The notes under the pieces were generated by a model. It searched no databases. It was given only the letters and a program-made list of their open reading frames with translations, and was not told the origin of the DNA. From Tepidisphaera sp. (GTDB taxonomy: Bacteria; Planctomycetota; Phycisphaerae; Phycisphaerales; UBA1924), in contig CP051526.1 in NCBI GenBank assembly GCA_050916045.1, forward strand, positions 3,040,001 through 3,104,000: a stretch of DNA of 64,000 bases, in the 5' to 3' direction. The number at the start of each line of letters is the position of its first letter. Position 1 is the stretch's first letter. The translations under genes and the position numbers were made by a program. This document shows, in pieces, positions 57,641 to 64,000 of this stretch.

Positions 57641-59644
57641 ATGTCCCTGCTCTCCGCTATCTCTTCCCCGGCCGATCTCCGAAAGCTCCCGATGGACCGC
57701 CTGCCGCAACTCGCCCAGGAGATGCGGGAAGCGATTTGCGAGCAGGTGAAGAAGTCCGGAGGGCACCTCGCGCCCAACCTCGGAGTTATCGAACTCACGA
57801 TCGCGATGCACTACGTCTTCGACTTCGCCCACGACCGGCTCCTGTTCGACGTCGGGCACCAGTGTTATCCGCACAAGCTCTTGACCGGGCGGCAGTCGAT
57901 GCTCGGGGCTCTCCGCACCCGCGAGGGAATGGCCGGGTTCCCCGAGCCTCGGGAAAGCCCGTTCGATCTTTTCAGCGTCGGACACGCCGGAACGGGGATC
58001 TCAACCGCCGTGGGCATGGCCCGAGGCGACTCGCTCAACGGCGAGGGGCCGGACACCAAGGGCTCGATCTCGCGCCGCACCGCGGTCGTGATCGGCGATG
58101 CGTCGATCGTCAACGGCCTCGCCATGGAAGGCCTCAACGCGGCCGGCATGCTCAAGCGGCAGTTCCTCGTCGTGCTCAACGACAACGGGATGTCCATCAG
58201 CAAGCCGCAGGGCGCGATCTCCCACTACTTTGACCGCTTGCGGATCAGCCAGTCGTACACCGACTTCAAGAAGCGGGCCAAGGACGCTCTGAACAACATG
58301 CCCGGAGGCGGTCTCGTCCGCGACGCGTACCACTGGTGGGGTGAAGCGGCGAAGAAAGCCACGCACAACACCGACATCCAGAGCGGCTGGTTCGAGGGGT
58401 TCGGCCTCAAGACCGTCGGCCCCATCGACGGCCACGACTTCCCCACGCTCATCGCTTTCCTCCGCGAAGCCCGGGACTTTGACCGCCCGCTGGTCCTGCA
58501 CGTCAAGACCATCAAGGGCAAGGGATACGACTTCTCCGAGAAGGACAGCAGCCGGTTCCACAGCCCCGCGCCCTTCAAAATCGACCCGCAGCTTGACGAG
58601 GAAGGCTGCCGCGTTGAGATCAAGAGCGAAGGCCGAAGCTTCACCTCCGCGTTCGGAGACGCCCTCCTTGATCTCATGGACCGCGACCCCCGCATCGTCG
58701 CTTGCACCGCCGCGATGCCCGACGGCACCGGCATCAGCAAGCCGCTGGCGAAGTACCCCGAGCGGACGTTCGACACCGGGATCTGCGAAAGCCACGCGAT
58801 GGACATGATGGCGGGCCTGGCGAAAACCGGCTGGAAGCCGTTCTTCGCGGTGTACTCGACGTTCGTCCAGCGGGCTTTCGATCAAGCGTTCCAGGAGGTC
58901 GCGCTGCAGGGCCTGCCCGTGCGGCTCTGCCTCGACCGGGCCGGTCTGGTCGGCGGCGACGGCGCGGTTCACCACGGCTTCTGCGACATCTCAATCCTCC
59001 GGACGCTTCCAAACGCGGTGCTCACCGCCGCGGCGGATGAGCCGAGCCTGAAAGCCGCACTTGAGTTCATGCGGACCTACGACACCGGCCTCTCCGCCGT
59101 CCGCTACCCGCGCGACACCGTCACCGAGATGCTCCTGGGCGAAGCGTGCCCGTCGTTCGAGCTCGGCAAAGCCCGCTGCCTCAGCAAGGGGTATGAGTGG
59201 CTCAGCGATCTCGAGGGCCACGCGTCGGAGAAACGGGCCAAGCTCCCCGACCTCGCCGTCCTCGGCTTCGGCACCTCGGCGATCGACGCTCTCAAAGCCG
59301 CCGCCATGGTCGGTGAAGACCTTAAGGTCGCGGTGTGGGACGCCCGGTTCGCCAAACCCGTCGACGTCGAACTCATCACCAGCCTGCTCACGCGGCGCAT
59401 CCCCATCGTCACCGTCGAGGACCACAGCATCGTCGGCGGCTTTGGCTCGGCAGTCCTCGAAGCCGCTCAGGAGCGAGGATTGAACGCTTCGCGCGTCATC
59501 CGTCTGGGCCTGCCGGATCGCTGGGTCTACCAGGACAGCCGCGCCAAGCAGATGGCCGAGGTCGGCCTCGATGCGACGAGCCTCGCCAAGCGCTTCCGCG
59601 AAATCGCCGCAGGCGGCCCGGTGGAAGCATCCGTTCGCGTCTGA
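57641..59644 (+). CDS. dxs: 1-deoxy-D-xylulose-5-phosphate synthase
   Basis: GGHLAPNLG, FDVGHQCYPHK, GHAGT, GDAS...N, GPIDGH, TIKGKG, YSTFVQRAFDQ, DRAGLVGGDG..H, DARFAKP. Confidence 0.96.
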   Translation: MSLLSAISSPADLRKLPMDRLPQLAQEMREAICEQVKKSGGHLAPNLGVIELTIAMHYVFDFAHDRLLFDVGHQCYPHKLLTGRQSMLGALRTREGMAGFPEPRESPFDLFSVGHAGTGISTAVGMARGDSLNGEGPDTKGSISRRTAVVIGDASIVNGLAMEGLNAAGMLKRQFLVVLNDNGMSISKPQGAISHYFDRLRISQSYTDFKKRAKDALNNMPGGGLVRDAYHWWGEAAKKATHNTDIQSGWFEGFGLKTVGPIDGHDFPTLIAFLREARDFDRPLVLHVKTIKGKGYDFSEKDSSRFHSPAPFKIDPQLDEEGCRVEIKSEGRSFTSAFGDALLDLMDRDPRIVACTAAMPDGTGISKPLAKYPERTFDTGICESHAMDMMAGLAKTGWKPFFAVYSTFVQRAFDQAFQEVALQGLPVRLCLDRAGLVGGDGAVHHGFCDISILRTLPNAVLTAAADEPSLKAALEFMRTYDTGLSAVRYPRDTVTEMLLGEACPSFELGKARCLSKGYEWLSDLEGHASEKRAKLPDLAVLGFGTSAIDALKAAAMVGEDLKVAVWDARFAKPVDVELITSLLTRRIPIVTVEDHSIVGGFGSAVLEAAQERGLNASRVIRLGLPDRWVYQDSRAKQMAEVGLDATSLAKRFREIAAGGPVEASVRV

Positions 59645-59702
59645 CCCGCGACGTCGTGCCAATCTGATTTCCTGACGTGCGGCCGCGCGCCGTCCCCTCC
59701 GC

Positions 59703-61811
59703 TCAGTTCGCGTTGGGAGCGTCACGCTGCGTCTGCGGCCCCGACGCGCGGAGCTTCCCGAGCCGCTCACGGATCTTGGAAGCTTCGACGGCCTCGCCCC
59801 TGTCGTCCAGCGCCTCCGCCAGCATCGCGAGGGCTTGAACGTGCCGGGGAGCCGCCTCGATCGCCGCTCGGAGGTACTTCTCCGCGTTCTCGCGTTCACC
59901 GCTCAGGATCGCGATGAGCGCACGCCCGACAAGCAGGTCGGGGTTGCGCGGGCGGGCTTTGATCGCGGCGTCGAGGCGCTCGCGGGCCTGCGCGGCGTCC
60001 CCGGAGAGCGCGAGCAGGCGCGCGGCTTCCACCTGCGTGGCCGGGTCGGTCGCGGCGCCGGAGTGGAACGCGCGGGCGATCCACGCCTTCGCATCCTCGA
60101 ACTTACCCTCCATCGCAAAGAGCGTGGCTTTGGAAAGCGCGGCGGCGCCCGGCGCGGGGTGGTCGGCGATGATCGCATCAAACTGCTGGTGCATGTCGGC
60201 GGGTGCCTTCCGCTCCAGCGACATGATCTGAAGCAGGTCGGCGGCCAGGAGCATGCTCTGCGGCTTCTCGCGCTTGAGGATCTCAACCGCCGCTTCTCGC
60301 GCCCCGGCGAGGTCGCGAAGAACGAGCTTGGCCTGCGCCAAACGGTGCGTGTCGATCGGCGCGAGGTCCCAGCCCAGACCGCCGTCGCGCCACGCGTCCG
60401 ACCGCTCGAGCTTGGCTTTCACCGTCTCGGCCAGCGTGCGGGCCTGCTCGGACGGTTTGTAATCGGGAGCGAAGGTGTTCGCCCGATCGGTGTTCAGTTG
60501 CTGCATCATGCGGTAGTGGTCCACCGCCGCCGTATCGCGGAGGTAGAGCCGCACAAAGCCGGACCAGACCGTCGCCGCCAGAAGAGTCGCCGTAACCAGC
60601 GCCGTGACGCCGCCCGCCAGCTTCAGCCTGCCCTTGAGCTTGAGCTGAAAGTTCGCCGCTCGCACGTTCGGCTCGCGGATCATCTGCCAGCACTTGGCGA
60701 AGCCGAAGGTCGCCAGCGCCGCCAGCCCCGACGCGAAGAGGAGCGGCACCACGCCCATCGTCCCGCGGATCCCGAAAAGCACCGCCACCCAGACGGCGAA
60801 GAGCACCAGCTCAAACCGCAGAGAGAAGTCGTACCTCGGCGTCCCGCGCGGATGCTCGGCCCGGCGGGCTTTGGCTTCCTCATCGCGCGGCGTCGCGAGG
60901 ATCGCCGGCTTGCCGATGCCGAAGGAGAGCGCGTTGTTGGGGCAGACACTCACACAGTCCAAGCACTTCATGCAGCCGGGATCAACGACCATCCCGTAGT
61001 CCCGGACCTCTTCGTGCACGCGGACGTTGCTGGTGCAGACCGCGGTGCAGTGCCCGCAGTGCTCGCAGTTGTCGTTCACGATGATCCGAGCCGGAGCCAG
61101 CCGGTCAACCGGCGCGAAGAGCGCGCCGTACGGGCACCCGTACGTGCAGTACCCCTTGGCTCCGAGAAAGTACACCACGACAAACCCGCACACGAAAAGG
61201 AAGGGCACGGCGATCGCGACCGGAGGGAACGTCGCCCACAGATCCTCGACAAACAGGTGCGTCTCAAGGCCGGGCCACGGGGCCGAACGCCCGAAGTACA
61301 GCGGGAGCGACTCGCCAAAGACGGGCGTCAGCACCCAACGGTGGAACGCCGGCCACGCGAACATGTACAGCGCCATCACCATCGTGCCCCACAGGAGCAG
61401 CCGCGTCCGGAACGGCTTGGGATGGATCCCCACCTTCTTCATCATCCACGAGCACGCATCCTGCAGCGCAACGACGTGGCACCCCCACCCGCAGAACCAC
61501 CGCCCCAGAATCAGCGTCGAAAGCAGGATCGCGATGAGCAGGATCGCCCCAGGGTTCAGCACCCCCGAGCGGATCGTCTCCATCGCTTCCGACGGCTCGA
61601 CCGGTGCAAGCGTCGACCGCACGCCGTCATCCGTGCCGGACTTCCACCAGAAGTACAGATGCAGCGCGATCGCGACATGCACGAGCACCAACACGACCAC
61701 ACGCCACTTCGACGCCCGCGACTTCTTGATCCGGCCAGCTCCTCCCCCACCCTCGCCGGGGAGAACGGTGAGCGACACGGTGCGGGAGTTGTCGGCGCAG
61801 TGTGCGGGCAC
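59703..61811 (-). CDS. Membrane 4Fe-4S binding protein (NapH/CcoG-like) fused to TPR repeats
   Basis: GRWFCGWGC, YCTYGCPYG, CEHCGHCTAVC, CMKCLDCVSVCP, TM helices and C-terminal TPR-like helices; GTG 61811 is 5 nt after TACCCT. Confidence 0.85.
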   Translation of the reverse strand: MPAHCADNSRTVSLTVLPGEGGGGAGRIKKSRASKWRVVVLVLVHVAIALHLYFWWKSGTDDGVRSTLAPVEPSEAMETIRSGVLNPGAILLIAILLSTLILGRWFCGWGCHVVALQDACSWMMKKVGIHPKPFRTRLLLWGTMVMALYMFAWPAFHRWVLTPVFGESLPLYFGRSAPWPGLETHLFVEDLWATFPPVAIAVPFLFVCGFVVVYFLGAKGYCTYGCPYGALFAPVDRLAPARIIVNDNCEHCGHCTAVCTSNVRVHEEVRDYGMVVDPGCMKCLDCVSVCPNNALSFGIGKPAILATPRDEEAKARRAEHPRGTPRYDFSLRFELVLFAVWVAVLFGIRGTMGVVPLLFASGLAALATFGFAKCWQMIREPNVRAANFQLKLKGRLKLAGGVTALVTATLLAATVWSGFVRLYLRDTAAVDHYRMMQQLNTDRANTFAPDYKPSEQARTLAETVKAKLERSDAWRDGGLGWDLAPIDTHRLAQAKLVLRDLAGAREAAVEILKREKPQSMLLAADLLQIMSLERKAPADMHQQFDAIIADHPAPGAAALSKATLFAMEGKFEDAKAWIARAFHSGAATDPATQVEAARLLALSGDAAQARERLDAAIKARPRNPDLLVGRALIAILSGERENAEKYLRAAIEAAPRHVQALAMLAEALDDRGEAVEASKIRERLGKLRASGPQTQRDAPNAN

Positions 61812-61931
61812 GTTGGAGGGTAGGAGTTTGGAGGCCGGGTGGGGCTCTGTCCGGCCCCCGCGCCCAGGAAAGCCGCTCCAGACCGCCGCCTGGCGTGCAT
61901 CCCGGTCGCCCTCTTCTGGTACGATCGCGCC

Positions 61932-64000
61932 ATGAAGCTCTTCTCCCGTTGCACGCTGACCACGTCCGTCGCCGTCCTCTGCTTCCTCGCTCTCGCCCCC
62001 GCCGCCTTCGCCCAGCACCGGCACCACAAGCAGGGCGACCGGTTCCGGCCCGGCCAGGACTTCCTGAACACACCCTTCGGCAGCGACCAGCCCGAAGCCC
62101 CCAAGAAGGACGAGCCCGAAGACCCCACCAAGCTCACCACCGCCAAGTTCGCGGGGCTCAAAGCCCGCGGCGGGATCGGTGCCGCTCAACTCTCCGGCCG
62201 CGTCAGCGACATCGCCGTCAATCCGAACAAACGGAGCGAGTGGTACGTCGGCGTCGCGAGCGGCGGCTTGTGGAAAACCACCAACAGCGGCCTCACCTTC
62301 ACGCCGATCTTCGACTCCTACGGCAGCTATTCCATCGGCTGCGTCACGATCGACCCGAACAACGACAGCGTCATCTGGGTTGGCACCGGCGAGAACAACA
62401 GCCAGCGGAGCGTCGCCTGGGGCGACGGCGTCTACGTCTCGCGCGACGGCGGCAAGAGCTTCACCAACGTCGGTCTGAAGGATTCCGGCAGCATCGGCAT
62501 GATCCGCGTCGACCCGCGCGACAGCAACACCGTATTCGTCCCCGCTTTCGGCCCGCTCTGGAGCGACGGCGGCGACCGCGGCCTCTTCAAGACCACCGAC
62601 GGCGGCAAGAGCTGGGAAAAGGTCCTCGAACTCGGCGAACAGACCGGCGTCAGCGAGGTCCACATGGATCCGCGCGACCCGAGCATCATGTACGCCACCG
62701 CTTACCAGCGCCGGCGGCATGTCTGGACCCTCATCAACGGCGGGCCCAACGGCGGCATCCACAAAAGCACCGACAACGGAGCCACCTGGCGCAAGCTCTC
62801 CAGCGGCCTCCCCTCCGGTGATGTCGGCCGAATCGGCATGACCGTCAGCCCCGCCAACCCCGACGTCCTCTACGCCATCGTCGAAGCCCAGGCCGACAAA
62901 AGCGGCACCTACCGCTCCACCGATCGCGGCGAAAGCTGGGAAAAGCGGAGCGGCTACATCTCAAGCAGCCCGCAGTACTACCAGGAGCTCATCGCCGATC
63001 CCAAGAACGTCGACCGCTTCTACTCCATGGATGTCTTCCTCCACGTCACCGACGACGGCGGCAAGACCATGAAGCGCGTCGAGCACAAGAACGTCCACGT
63101 CGACTGGCACGCCCTTGTGATCAACCCCGACAACACCGACCATCTCCTCGGCGGCAACGACGGCGGCGTCTACGAGACCTGGGACCGGGCCAACTGGCGA
63201 TTCTTCCCCAACCTCCCCATCAAGCAGTACTACCGCGTCGCCGTCGACAACTCCGAGCCCTTCTACTTCATCTACGGCGGCACGCAGGACAACAACACCC
63301 ACGGCGGCCCCTCCCGCACCACCGAGCTCGCCGGCATCACCAACGAGGACTGGTTCGTCACCGTCGGCGGTGACGGCTTCGAACCCGCCGTCGACCCCGT
63401 GGACCCCAACATCGTCTATAGCCAGTGGCAGGACGGCGGCCTCATCCGCTTTGACCGCAAAAGCGGCGAACAGGTCGACATCCGCCCCGTCGAAAAACGC
63501 GACGACAAGCCGTTCGTCTTCAACTGGGACGCCGCTCTCATCCTCAGCCCGCACAAGCACACCCGCCTCTACTACGCCGGCAACTTCCTCTTCAAAAGCG
63601 ACGACCGCGGCGACTCCTGGACCCGCATCAGCGAAGACCTCACCCGCGGCCTCGACCGCAACAGCTTCAAAGTCATGGGTGTCATCCAGAAGCCCGACGC
63701 CATCGCCAAGCACCGAAGCACCAGCATCTACGGCAGCGGCGTCAGCCTCTCCGAATCCCCCATGAAGGAAGGCCTCATCTACGTCGGCACCGACGACGGC
63801 CTCATCAACGTCACCGAGGATGGCGGCACCACCTGGCGCAAAGTCGAGACCCTCCCCGGCATCTCGGACGTCGCCATGGTCGACGGCAAACAGCTCACAC
63901 TCATCAGCGATGTCGAAGCCAGCCGCCACGTCGAAGGCCGCGTCTTCGCCACCGTCGACAACCATAAGTTCGGCGACTACAAGCCCTACGTCCTCCGAAG
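61932..64000 (+). CDS. Secreted BNR/Asp-box (VPS10/sortilin-like, 'glycosyl hydrolase') protein, partial
   Basis: Manual translation MKLFSRC...AFA-Q...SGRVSDIAV.P...YVGVASGGLWKTTNSG.TF...WVGTGENN.QRS..WGDGVY.S.DGGKS; repeated S/T-x-D-x-G-x-T/S-W Asp-boxes; open to the window end. Confidence 0.88.
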   Translation, partial: MKLFSRCTLTTSVAVLCFLALAPAAFAQHRHHKQGDRFRPGQDFLNTPFGSDQPEAPKKDEPEDPTKLTTAKFAGLKARGGIGAAQLSGRVSDIAVNPNKRSEWYVGVASGGLWKTTNSGLTFTPIFDSYGSYSIGCVTIDPNNDSVIWVGTGENNSQRSVAWGDGVYVSRDGGKSFTNVGLKDSGSIGMIRVDPRDSNTVFVPAFGPLWSDGGDRGLFKTTDGGKSWEKVLELGEQTGVSEVHMDPRDPSIMYATAYQRRRHVWTLINGGPNGGIHKSTDNGATWRKLSSGLPSGDVGRIGMTVSPANPDVLYAIVEAQADKSGTYRSTDRGESWEKRSGYISSSPQYYQELIADPKNVDRFYSMDVFLHVTDDGGKTMKRVEHKNVHVDWHALVINPDNTDHLLGGNDGGVYETWDRANWRFFPNLPIKQYYRVAVDNSEPFYFIYGGTQDNNTHGGPSRTTELAGITNEDWFVTVGGDGFEPAVDPVDPNIVYSQWQDGGLIRFDRKSGEQVDIRPVEKRDDKPFVFNWDAALILSPHKHTRLYYAGNFLFKSDDRGDSWTRISEDLTRGLDRNSFKVMGVIQKPDAIAKHRSTSIYGSGVSLSESPMKEGLIYVGTDDGLINVTEDGGTTWRKVETLPGISDVAMVDGKQLTLISDVEASRHVEGRVFATVDNHKFGDYKPYVLR

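Noticed and set aside
61812..62762. N-terminal extension of the 1019-aa minus-strand ORF
   Set aside because: It is antisense to the BNR-repeat gene. The Fe-S protein most plausibly begins at 61811.

Overview
High-GC bacterial chromosome segment. The gene content points to a Phycisphaerales (Planctomycetota) organism (inference): many C-terminal 'GC-type dockerin' anchored proteins, a PVC-type CxxCH heme protein, DUF1573 proteins and HEAT-repeat proteins. Layout: (1) 1-9.3 kb holds a minus-strand cluster of secreted beta-propeller/Ig proteins with a shared dockerin tail (one frameshifted), with kdsD in the middle. (2) 9.4-10.7 kb holds an odd cassette: 21-bp phased repeats, an operator-like triple octamer, a helical plus FN3-like gene ending in LAA, and a nested hairpin of heptamer repeats. 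(3) 10.7-36.4 kb holds housekeeping and metabolic genes (scpA, trpB, APC permease, M28 peptidase, a second 21-bp array, tig, an atypical folD, tatA, SAM methyltransferase, PVC CxxCH protein, L-rhamnose isomerase, EamA, P1B-ATPase, two amidohydrolases). (4) About 36.6-42.7 kb is a lower-GC, decaying defence-like island next to tRNA-Asp: C5 DNA methyltransferase, DUF4928-like protein, small ORF, vsr pseudogene, truncated dual-OB protein, candidate PD-(D/E)xK protein and a non-canonical tyrosine integrase with an AP2-like tail. (5) 43-64 kb holds core and envelope genes (lnt, msrC-like GAF, rpsR, DoxX/MauE-rhodanese-2xDUF1573 operon, GH29 fucosidase, PTS IIA, ispA, dxs, 4Fe-4S/TPR membrane protein, partial BNR/VPS10 protein). 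About 13 genes have a TANNNT box 5-7 nt before the start codon, which suggests widespread leaderless mRNAs. No CRISPR array or rRNA was seen. All family assignments come from motif recognition by eye; no database searches were run.
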